IMG/VR virus record: IMGVR_UViG_3300020202_000062
Coordinates: 94,929 to 158,928 of that record
Direction: 5' to 3' (one strand)
DNA: 64,000 nt
Source: a virus
Shown one piece after another: positions 39,966-48,131 of this stretch. The notes under the pieces were generated by a model. The model ran no database searches and was not told where the DNA came from. It was given only the letters and a program-made list of their open reading frames with translations. Numbering within the stretch: the stretch's first letter is position 1; every line of letters starts with the position of its first letter. The translations under genes and the position numbers were made by a program.

Positions 39966-40595
39966 TTACCTTAGTTCGCTCATAAGGCGAGCGGCAATTG
40001 GGTCGTCTGCGCGAACCTTTACTTTACCAAACTCATCCTTCATTTCGATAAACTCTGGCTTTTCCTGAGGTCCCTCTTCCTCTTCTCCGTGGAAGTTTAG
40101 ATGTAGACCCGAGTTCTCAACGCCAACTTCTGCTTGTCGAACTTCGATGACCTTCTCGGCTAGGGCTAGTAGCTCGGCCAACTCTTCGTAAGTGAATTCA
40201 TCTAATTCGTGTTTCTTATAAGAAGGCATAGCCGCGATGATGAATGCGTACATCATCTTCCTGAACTCTTTGGCTTCTTCGCGCTTCTTGTATAGAACTT
40301 CTTTAGTAAAGGTATCTCCTGGCAGGAAGCCTGATACTTGCAGGATCTCTCCTGCCAGAGTCGTAATGATACCTGCGGGAATTCTATCCAGATTTAGGTT
40401 GTAAGGATAGACAGTACATAATGATACGATGACATCTTCCGCCTCTGCCGAGTCAGATTCGCTATCGTAGATATTAGCGATTTCATCGAACTCCTTAAAT
40501 GTCAGAGCACGGAAGACATATTCAACGTTCTTAATCTCTACGGAATAGATCCTCTTATATCGCTTCTTTAGTTCAATAAGAGTTTCATCTTCCAT
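39966..40595 (-). CDS. Tail assembly chaperone 2
   Basis: LKKRY..IY..YVFRALTFKEF..EDVIV..GIITTLAGEILQVSGF; paralogue of the adjacent gene; precedes the tape measure. Confidence 0.7.
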   Translation of the reverse strand: MEDETLIELKKRYKRIYSVEIKNVEYVFRALTFKEFDEIANIYDSESDSAEAEDVIVSLCTVYPYNLNLDRIPAGIITTLAGEILQVSGFLPGDTFTKEVLYKKREEAKEFRKMMYAFIIAAMPSYKKHELDEFTYEELAELLALAEKVIEVRQAEVGVENSGLHLNFHGEEEEGPQEKPEFIEMKDEFGKVKVRADDPIAARLMSELR

Positions 40596-41107
40596 TAGAG
40601 TTGACGCACCTCTAGTGCCACGAAGCCGGATGCATCCATTACTTCCTGTGCGATGATGGTGGCCACGCCAGCCATCTCCTGAACCAACTGCTCACCGTTT
40701 AGGCTCGGGAACAGTAGACACTTTGAGGCGATATACTCTTCTTGGTACATCTGAGCCTCTGGTGCGGTTAGTTGACCTGAACTAGTAAGACGCTCCATGT
40801 CCTTGATCATTGCCCTGTACTCAAGGCGTGACATAGTGCGCCAAACATAGTGCTTGTCCATAGTTAAAGACGTAACGTATACGTCACCGAACTTTTCTTT
40901 CCATGCGAGGATGCTACCAACGGTAGGGCCAGAGGGCCACAGCTCCTCACTTGGGTCTAGGTCTTCTAGGGCTACTGGCTCCCCAAAGTCTTCGAAGTCG
41001 TCACCAGTCTCGCCTTCATCTTCGACATCGACTGGATCTGGAGTTACGATAAGATCCTCTACTTCTGGTGTCTCGTCGTCGTCTCCTGGGATAATTACAT
41101 TTGGCAT
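40595..41107 (-). CDS. Tail assembly chaperone 1
   Basis: WKEKFGDVY..YVWRTMSRLEY..EEYI..GVATIIAQEVMDASGF. Confidence 0.7.
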   Translation of the reverse strand: MPNVIIPGDDDETPEVEDLIVTPDPVDVEDEGETGDDFEDFGEPVALEDLDPSEELWPSGPTVGSILAWKEKFGDVYVTSLTMDKHYVWRTMSRLEYRAMIKDMERLTSSGQLTAPEAQMYQEEYIASKCLLFPSLNGEQLVQEMAGVATIIAQEVMDASGFVALEVRQL

Positions 41108-41109
41108 TG

Positions 41110-41979
41110 TTACCTCACATTACCTGTATTGCCAGCATCAAATATGTCTCTGGCAAAGAAACTGTACACTTCCGAACATACTGCCCCATCTGGGGTATAC
41201 TCAACTTGCATTGCATTTAACTCTACGTTTTCGATGACAAACCTCATATGTGTAATGGGATCTGACACCAAACGTTCATTCTGGTCCATCATTAAGGTGT
41301 AGTCATCGTCATTGTATGCCTTCCTTAATTCGTCTGCTCTTCTAGTTGGATCTTCGACAATACTCGTAGACTGCATTCCGTAAACGCAAACAAAGTTAAA
41401 AGGCGGATGACTACTAAAGATACGCTTACTCTCCAGTGTATATGGATCTACGTTGCGATGCCAGTATTTCTCGATATTGGCTTCGTCTGTATCTAGTCCT
41501 CGTATGTGGAAGTCGTAGCCCTTTTTCTGAACCCTCGCAGCGGCAGCCTCACTGATGAGGTTCTTCATATAGTCTGTTGACTTTGTGGCGATCCTGAACT
41601 GACCGGTTACAATTCGAGTGCCGCGCATGACCGCATCATAAGTGTAACTCCAGAAACCATAGACTGGAGTCTTCTGCTGCTGAATATTGAAGGCGAAATC
41701 CATAATAGGTAACTCGCCATATTCACTACTCTCCGCGCCGTCTACGTAAACACAAACGTCTTGGCCAGAGAAGTAGTAATCATAATAAGAACTGGCTGCT
41801 AACTGGCCATTGGCGTCTTTTGACCACTTGATATCGAGGGCTGGGTCAAGTAGATGAAGTGTTTTTGGATTAGTAGTATTTCTTGCTATAGCCTCAGCAG
41901 TTCTTACCTCTGTAGCGGTAAGGCTTTGGCGAACTGTTTCTTGTCCGTCAACATCTTTCCTGAATCTAGGTGACGACAT
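41110..41979 (-). CDS. Tail tube-fold protein (tube initiator / hub-proximal)
   Basis: FSGQDV..KTPVYGF..GTRIVTGQF..PPFN..FFARD; aligns by eye with the two upstream tube genes. Confidence 0.7.
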   Translation of the reverse strand: MSSPRFRKDVDGQETVRQSLTATEVRTAEAIARNTTNPKTLHLLDPALDIKWSKDANGQLAASSYYDYYFSGQDVCVYVDGAESSEYGELPIMDFAFNIQQQKTPVYGFWSYTYDAVMRGTRIVTGQFRIATKSTDYMKNLISEAAAARVQKKGYDFHIRGLDTDEANIEKYWHRNVDPYTLESKRIFSSHPPFNFVCVYGMQSTSIVEDPTRRADELRKAYNDDDYTLMMDQNERLVSDPITHMRFVIENVELNAMQVEYTPDGAVCSEVYSFFARDIFDAGNTGNVR

Positions 41980-42581
41980 TACTGTTCTCCCGACCTAAAG
42001 ATGACACCACTATTGTATAGGGAAGAACGAGCGCCCTCATATCCGTGTGGCACATATGCAGTTAGCGGCTGAATACCTCTAGCCATGAATGTATAGGTCT
42101 GCTCGGTAATCAAGTCGTCTACCGACATTGTGGTTCCTTCGTCTACAATGGTGCAGCCATAGATTTTCATCTTAGAGAATGATCCCAACTCATTTGAGAA
42201 TGTGAGCACAATGTCGAATGGAGGAAGCATATCTGCTAGGCAGTAGACATTCTTCGTGGAAACCAATTCAGAGAACTGCTTCAGCCTGTAGAAGGTGTAG
42301 TAGTTGAACTGGGTGAATATCATGCTACCGGCAATAGTTCTAGAGCCTTTTACGAATCCACGTGGATTAACTCTGCCGAGCGTTCTAACAGGAGTGTTCT
42401 CTCTGTGGAGTGAGTAGGAAATCGTCTGTAGTTCGCCCAATTCCAAAGGGGTAGGCTCGTTAGGTAAGACGATAAGAGCGGCGATGTCAACACCGGCATA
42501 CGATGTGTACTGATAGTTCTCTGTGATGAACTTGTTGGGATCGTTTAGGTCCGGTGATGCCACATTGTTGACTTCTGCCAT
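41979..42581 (-). CDS. Tail tube-fold protein (second paralogue)
   Basis: YAGVDI..ISYSLHRE..GSRTIAGSMIFT..LPPFDI..FMARG. Start placed at ATG 42581 (GGAG upstream) rather than GTG 42593. Confidence 0.75.
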   Translation of the reverse strand: MAEVNNVASPDLNDPNKFITENYQYTSYAGVDIAALIVLPNEPTPLELGELQTISYSLHRENTPVRTLGRVNPRGFVKGSRTIAGSMIFTQFNYYTFYRLKQFSELVSTKNVYCLADMLPPFDIVLTFSNELGSFSKMKIYGCTIVDEGTTMSVDDLITEQTYTFMARGIQPLTAYVPHGYEGARSSLYNSGVIFRSGEQ

Positions 42582-42614
42582 GCTTGTCTCCACATATCAC
42601 ATAGGGTGCTGATC

Positions 42615-42623
42615 TATTAGTAA
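42615..42623 (-). promoter_or_regulatory. Putative late promoter element TTACTAATA
   Basis: Downstream of the UUCG hairpin, about 41 nt upstream of ATG 42581. Confidence 0.5.
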
Positions 42624-42644
42624 GACTCTTTCCAGAAATAGCAA

Positions 42645-42668
42645 TGAGGGCCACCGAAGTGACCCTCA
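42645..42668 (-). terminator. Stem-loop with C(UUCG)G tetraloop after the tube gene (terminator or mRNA stabiliser)
   Basis: TGAGGGTCAC-TTCG-GTGGCCCTCA followed by TTGCTATTTCT (weak U-tract). Confidence 0.7.
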
Positions 42669-42694
42669 CTACTGTAACCCTGTATTGGTTAGAG

Positions 42695-43357
42695 TTACGG
42701 GATGATGATGTTTGGATTGAGATCGGTCGCTGTACCTGGAGCAAAATCACTTAAAGCGTTTACTCGGTACATCGGGCCGACATCGCGTGCTACGTAGGTC
42801 ATGGTCTCCTCGATGACGATGTCATCCATTGAGGCACCTGATCCTTCGTTTAGAAGTTCTACACCGTAGATCTGACGCATCGAAGCGTTACCATACTCGT
42901 TCACGAATGACACTGTGATGTTGAATGGGGGAATCTGGTCAGCGTACCAAGGTAGGCCCGAACGAACATCTAGTGCTCGCTGGTCATCGTGAGGTACGAT
43001 ACCACGGTTAACTAGAACATCTGAGTTATCCATGCCAGGCAGGATGTTTGATGCTCTTGTGAAGAACTTCATGTAATCCTTCTGAGTCTCCTTTGCGTTT
43101 ACGATCAGATCGTAAAGTGCAGGGCGATCAAAGACGGTGAAGATCAAAGATCCAGCGATACCACGCTTGCCTCGTGAGAATGAGCGTGGGTTTGGTGAAC
43201 CCATCGTATAGATTGGAGCCTTTTCACGAGTTACCGACCACGTAATGCCAGACAGGGTTCCAATGATAACGCCATTGAAGGTTGCCTGAATGTCAGCGCC
43301 CGAGTAAGTTGTGTAAGTCGCTTGGTATCTATCGTAAAGAGGATCTGTTTCAGCCAT
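42695..43357 (-). CDS. Major tail tube protein
   Basis: Directly after the sheath gene; AGGAGG RBS; YSGADI..TREKAPIYTMG..GKRGIAGSLIFT..IPPFNI..YVARD; followed by a strong hairpin. Confidence 0.8.
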   Translation of the reverse strand: MAETDPLYDRYQATYTTYSGADIQATFNGVIIGTLSGITWSVTREKAPIYTMGSPNPRSFSRGKRGIAGSLIFTVFDRPALYDLIVNAKETQKDYMKFFTRASNILPGMDNSDVLVNRGIVPHDDQRALDVRSGLPWYADQIPPFNITVSFVNEYGNASMRQIYGVELLNEGSGASMDDIVIEETMTYVARDVGPMYRVNALSDFAPGTATDLNPNIIIP

Positions 43358-43375
43358 TAAAAGTCACTCCTCCTA

Positions 43376-44611
43376 TTAGAGTTGAACTGAGACGCTAACT
43401 TCGATATTGCGTAGTTCGAATGCTGGCGTTAGGATGAGATCGATAACGGCCTTATTCTCGGCTCCAATATATGAAACCGTGAAGTCGCTGGCCAATAGTG
43501 CTCCTGCTAACTGCATTGAACGTAGTCCAGACGTGATCTGTGTCTCAAGGGCGTTTCGTGCCTGGATGCTTGATGCCTCACCAACGAATGGCTGAGCAAC
43601 AGTTCTGACGAGTCCAATTGCATCGAAGGCAATTCGAAGAGTCGTTAGACGCTTGAAGTCCGATGTGGTTGGGCTGTAGGTCTGGGCGTCAACCCAGATT
43701 GGGTTCCTGTTGAAATCTACAGCAACTGGAACGACACCCTTGTCAACTAGGTTGGACTGCTGTGTGCGAGTTGGGCTATAGCGCAACTTCTCCACGCGGT
43801 AGATAACCTTGTTGGTTGGTGCTGAGAATGCTGGAAGACTTGCTACAGCACCTGCGTAGTATGCCGCACCATTTGAGTATCCGAACTCATCTGAATATCC
43901 AAGAGGCTTGATTTCGGCAGCCACAACTGAGACGTAGATACCGTTAGTCATTGATGCTCTTGAGTAGAGGTTTGACAGGGCTAGGTGAGTTGACACCTGG
44001 CTGGGGGTCATTGCCTCAGTTGAGCCTGTGTAAGGCTTGATTCCCATGACAGCGAAGCATGGGGTGGCGTTAGCGGTGATGTCTGCAATCTTTGCTGCGA
44101 CCTTGTAGGCCCATGAGTTGGTGCTAGCTGCATTGTCAGCGTGGAAGCCCAACTCTGCGTTGGTAACCGTTGCCCCATCGTCCTCGTATTCACTTGGATG
44201 ACCACCGCGACCCCAAGGTACGATGATATCAGCCTGTGCAGTCTCAACTGCCTCCCACAGAGTATCCCAAAGGCTCACGCCAGAGTTTGCTGCGGTGAAG
44301 GTAGCAGATGAAATTGTACCTGCGCTATGGTTGAACGCTGTATCTGAAGGAAGAGCAACTAGAGTGATTCTCTGTGCTCCACCGGTTGCTAATTCCACAT
44401 AGGCCCTGTGCAGCATTGACCCTTCACCGAAGATATCAATGACATCTTCTTCGCTAGTAGCGTTGTATGGATCTAAATCGGCTACGTCGCCTTCACCATC
44501 GTCAGTATCTCTGGTGCCGATAGCTAGAACGCGAGGTCCTAAAGGAATGTTTGTTCTGTTAAGGATAGTGAACCCATCCTTGATTCTTGTATTGACTCCA
44601 GGGAGTGACAA
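43376..44611 (-). CDS. Tail sheath protein
   Basis: Start reassigned to TTG 44611 (GGAGG RBS), giving MSLPGV..; C-terminal LTTLRI..FVGE..LETQI..VIDLILTPAFELRNIEVSV sheath signature. Confidence 0.88.
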   Translation of the reverse strand: MSLPGVNTRIKDGFTILNRTNIPLGPRVLAIGTRDTDDGEGDVADLDPYNATSEEDVIDIFGEGSMLHRAYVELATGGAQRITLVALPSDTAFNHSAGTISSATFTAANSGVSLWDTLWEAVETAQADIIVPWGRGGHPSEYEDDGATVTNAELGFHADNAASTNSWAYKVAAKIADITANATPCFAVMGIKPYTGSTEAMTPSQVSTHLALSNLYSRASMTNGIYVSVVAAEIKPLGYSDEFGYSNGAAYYAGAVASLPAFSAPTNKVIYRVEKLRYSPTRTQQSNLVDKGVVPVAVDFNRNPIWVDAQTYSPTTSDFKRLTTLRIAFDAIGLVRTVAQPFVGEASSIQARNALETQITSGLRSMQLAGALLASDFTVSYIGAENKAVIDLILTPAFELRNIEVSVSVQL

Positions 44612-44667
44612 CTTAACCTCCAAAGTAATGTGTTTATCTAAGCTATAGATACACCAGGTCAAACTCA

Positions 44668-44754
44668 ATAGTAACCTGAAAATTATACAAGTTTAGTTTT
44701 GACAAGGCGTGGCCCGGAGTGGTAAAGACTAAACTTCTACACAAGGTAGTAGTA
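44668..44754 (-). promoter_or_regulatory. Two putative late promoter elements upstream of the sheath gene
   Basis: TACTACTA at 44747-44754 and TTACTAT at 44668-44674. Confidence 0.5.
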
Positions 44755-44777
44755 CCTAGGAGGGGATCATTCCACCT

Positions 44778-45452
44778 TTAATACCAGGATGGAGTTGCCG
44801 AGTACGTGTCGGTCAGATTGGCTACAATCGGCGTAGCACCGTCGTCTGGGGGAGCCATTCCTAAAGTCTGGCCATTTAGATATAGGCGCAGATCAATAAT
44901 GATCTCTGTAAGCCTTCCTTGTGGGATCAGGCGGATCTTCTCTTCCGTCATCTGATAGGCCACAGTCCTAGTCAAAAAGTCCTGTCCATGATCTTTTACA
45001 TCGTTGTCGGGCATTCGTCTTGAGTAGAAGAACTCGGATACACCCATCTCCTTGAAGATTGGAGTGCTCTCAAGCATGAAATTCTCGAATGCCTCTATAG
45101 CCATGTCTGCACGGAAGGGGTCGTCTCTGTCAATGATGGTGAAGGTTACGATATTGACGAACCTCTGGGCTTCTACCCTGTAGGCATTTCCGTCTATAAT
45201 GACTTCTTCTCTAATTCTAGGCTTTGGCTCACTAGCGTGAGACTTCCTAACCTCTAACTTGTGAACGATGGCTGTATTGAATAGCGAATCGTTCACCACA
45301 TCACTTGTAAAGATTGGTGAGTTTGCGTGGTACATCGGAACATCAGGATGACCCTGGTCCCATAGGTAGCGAACCATCTCAAGAAACTCGATATAGGTGA
45401 TATTGGCTTTCGCCTTTGATCTGGGCTGCGGATATCCGCTCTCTCTAATCAT
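44778..45452 (-). CDS. Tail terminator/completion-like protein
   Basis: 224 aa; position immediately before the sheath gene; two ATP motifs near the C-terminus. Confidence 0.55.
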   Translation of the reverse strand: MIRESGYPQPRSKAKANITYIEFLEMVRYLWDQGHPDVPMYHANSPIFTSDVVNDSLFNTAIVHKLEVRKSHASEPKPRIREEVIIDGNAYRVEAQRFVNIVTFTIIDRDDPFRADMAIEAFENFMLESTPIFKEMGVSEFFYSRRMPDNDVKDHGQDFLTRTVAYQMTEEKIRLIPQGRLTEIIIDLRLYLNGQTLGMAPPDDGATPIVANLTDTYSATPSWY

Positions 45453-46945
45453 TAGACTCCTGGTCCTACTTCTACTCCAAAGGAGATTTCTCTTACGCCC
45501 ATATATGGACTTAATGAAACCTCAACTAATACACGCCCCTTCTCTAAGGGGTCTTTGATCATATTCAGTTTGTAATCGCGGATATAGTTATTGCGGACCA
45601 TCGAATTCATGAAATCCTTTACCTCACGATTAAACTGAGGATAGTTAACCGTACCGATCGCAGCCCTACCTAGGGCTCGAATATGTTGGATGGTGACGTT
45701 TACAATTCTAATATTACTTACTGACCAGAAGTCAGAACCGTCTGGGGTTAAGGTGTTATCAGTCGCCATAACAATCTGGAATGGCGTTCCCCTCTTTGCT
45801 TTCGGAGTGCGAATTGCGGGGTTTACCTTAGCGTTACATAAGGATGATATCTCTGCCTTGGTTAGATCCCTACCTACTAGGCTCGCCGTATATGGCAACC
45901 GCGAGTATGTGAATCCCTTGTTGACTTCTTTCGAAGCTAAGATCCCTGCAACGCAGGTGGCAACCGACCCAGTATAAGAGAATGGCATTTGGGGTAGTAA
46001 GTTTACTCCCTCGCCAGCACAAATGACTACAAACTTTCCTGAGTCAGTATAGTCATTTAGACGTACATCATTAGCCATAGCCTCGATGTCGTCAGTTGTC
46101 CAATTATCGATTCTTGTGCCTATGAATCCGATACGTGGATTGCCAGTGTTGCTCATTGCGTCTAAGCAGTGATCTGCCAACTGCGTTAAGAAGTCTACGT
46201 CGTGAGCATCATAAAATGGTGCTTCTAGCGGGACGAGTAACTCTACCAAATCCCACTGACGTAGTTCCTCATATGTTGCCTCTAGGCGATCATAGTATTT
46301 CTCATAGAAATTCTTATCGTCCCACTCTGCTCTGGGTGTGGTTCGTGCGGCTAGGTCTGACACGTATTCGCGCATTGGTGCTGCGGCCACTAACCAGATG
46401 TCCCTAGCACCAAGGTTGTAAATCTCAAGAAGGGCACGGACGAGTGGAGACTCAGTATCGGCACCCATCCTATTGATAGCCTCTTGCATGTTAACAACCT
46501 GGTATGGGTCGTTGATTCCCATTCCGTCAGCATGACCGACTAAGAAGATTCGATCTGTCTCACCAAAGCCAAGATCCGTGTAGCGGAAGTTTTCCTTTAT
46601 CACACCGTATCTACGTGGTGCGTCCAAAAGAGTAGACGCCTCTGGGTCTTCTTCGCTTATCTGGATCTCGTCATATTCGTAGGTGGTTTCGCCATCAATG
46701 ACTGCGGTCCACTTACCTGTGTAAATCCCAGGTGTCGCATAAGTAGGAACTTCGTAGTCGTACTGATAGCGACCTAAAGAGAGGCGGGTAATATCACCAG
46801 AAGAATAACTGAAGATATTGGTTACCGACTGTGACGCATTTCGGATGATCTGAAACTGGACACTGGTTGGGTCAGTAAGTGCACCATCACTATCATAAAA
46901 TGATTTAGTAAAGGAGTGAGTATCTCCCAGAATTACAGTATCCAT
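45452..46945 (-). CDS. Sheath-family protein with N-terminal Ig-like domain (second sheath paralogue)
   Basis: SPLVRALLEIY..GARDIWLV; C-terminal NIRIV..IRDYKL..VEVSLSPYMGVREISFGV matches the sheath C-terminal domain. Confidence 0.7.
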   Translation of the reverse strand: MDTVILGDTHSFTKSFYDSDGALTDPTSVQFQIIRNASQSVTNIFSYSSGDITRLSLGRYQYDYEVPTYATPGIYTGKWTAVIDGETTYEYDEIQISEEDPEASTLLDAPRRYGVIKENFRYTDLGFGETDRIFLVGHADGMGINDPYQVVNMQEAINRMGADTESPLVRALLEIYNLGARDIWLVAAAPMREYVSDLAARTTPRAEWDDKNFYEKYYDRLEATYEELRQWDLVELLVPLEAPFYDAHDVDFLTQLADHCLDAMSNTGNPRIGFIGTRIDNWTTDDIEAMANDVRLNDYTDSGKFVVICAGEGVNLLPQMPFSYTGSVATCVAGILASKEVNKGFTYSRLPYTASLVGRDLTKAEISSLCNAKVNPAIRTPKAKRGTPFQIVMATDNTLTPDGSDFWSVSNIRIVNVTIQHIRALGRAAIGTVNYPQFNREVKDFMNSMVRNNYIRDYKLNMIKDPLEKGRVLVEVSLSPYMGVREISFGVEVGPGV

Positions 46946-46958
46946 ATTTACATCTCAC

Positions 46959-47333
46959 TTATTCTAGGGTTGCCCCTACAGTCCAATACTCAACACGACC
47001 ACCTACGCCACGATTTGGAATAGCGTAGTCAATCGTAAAAACACGTGCAGTCTTATCTGCTACTTCACCTTCATAGATTCGGTCACCAGACGATGGGTTA
47101 GCATCCCACCTGAAATAGAATACCATATCCGCGCTATGGGTGACGCCTGGCATCTGTTCGTTGGCGACTATTGGTAGCGACCCGCTACCGGGGTACATAG
47201 ACCTGACGGTATGGCGCTCTAATACGTTCGCAAACTTCTTAGTAGTAGCCTCTGTCTTTTCGATTCTTCTCTGGAGGAGAACGTCGTGGCCATACTTCTT
47301 TAGGATTGCATCCATAGATTTCCGTGCGTCCAT
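46959..47333 (-). CDS. Head-closure/stopper-like protein
   Basis: 124 aa; ILKKYGHDVLLQRR..FYF..PSSGDRIYE; position after the adaptor gene. Confidence 0.6.
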   Translation of the reverse strand: MDARKSMDAILKKYGHDVLLQRRIEKTEATTKKFANVLERHTVRSMYPGSGSLPIVANEQMPGVTHSADMVFYFRWDANPSSGDRIYEGEVADKTARVFTIDYAIPNRGVGGRVEYWTVGATLE

Positions 47334-48112
47334 TAAAACCTCTTTAGTTTACGATGAGGTATTGGGTTAGCCCAGTTGGCTGACTTGACTACACCTATCA
47401 TGCCCGTGTTTGCTGACACTAACTCATTCCTAAGAGCGTATGCCAACTCACACCATGTGGTGGCGTTACCGCGAGTAATCTTGCTCTTAGCATAGTTTCT
47501 ATTCGTAACGGATAGGTCACCTAACCTGAATGACATTTCATCAGCAGGGGATAACTCATAAGTCTTACTCAGGGTGCACGACACTGCTGCACGCACGTAG
47601 TCGAATACTAGAAGGGGAATATCCTCTTCCTCTAAATCATCGTCCAGATCGAGTAGGCTCTTTGCCTCGGTTGAGTAAATAAAGATTTGCTCTGCGATGT
47701 CAATTAGTGGAGCCTCAGGAAATGAGACTGCGATTTCTTCAGCGGAGATATACATTGGGCTTAGGCCAGACGCAAAACTGAGAATAACGTCTTCGCTAAG
47801 TGAATTAGTCGTAGTAGATGAACTCGATGACCCAACTGTGAAGGATTGGTCAATGATGTCGGTGCTTCCGTCTGAGAACTCGCCAGTCATGCGAAGGATG
47901 AAGTCACCCTCTTCTGTGGGCGTCCAGTCTACATAATACTCTGCTGTGTCGTCACCAGATTCAACGTCAAGGCTTGTCTCTTCATCTGTGTCTACGTTTA
48001 TGACGACGGCTGTGACTGTATCTGGATCTTCAGGATCGGCGTCACCACCCTCCGACCATTCTCGGAAGGTTACCGTCATTCTGATCGTATCATTTACATA
48101 TGCTGTTGACAT
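47333..48112 (-). CDS. Head-tail adaptor-like protein with N-terminal Ig-like domain
   Basis: C-terminal helical part with SFRLGDLSV motif; N-terminal beta domain similar to that of 45452..46945. Confidence 0.55.
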   Translation of the reverse strand: MSTAYVNDTIRMTVTFREWSEGGDADPEDPDTVTAVVINVDTDEETSLDVESGDDTAEYYVDWTPTEEGDFILRMTGEFSDGSTDIIDQSFTVGSSSSSTTTNSLSEDVILSFASGLSPMYISAEEIAVSFPEAPLIDIAEQIFIYSTEAKSLLDLDDDLEEEDIPLLVFDYVRAAVSCTLSKTYELSPADEMSFRLGDLSVTNRNYAKSKITRGNATTWCELAYALRNELVSANTGMIGVVKSANWANPIPHRKLKRF

Positions 48113-48131
48113 TTTGCCTCAGATCTGGGGT

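Noticed and set aside
40590-40640. Programmed frameshift between the tail chaperones
   Set aside because: No XXXYYYZ slippery site before the stop; the second gene has its own coupled ATG.
44612-44668. 19-aa N-terminal extension of the sheath in the ORF track
   Set aside because: GGAGG precedes TTG 44611, MSLPGV is a typical sheath start, and the extension overlaps a promoter motif and hairpin.
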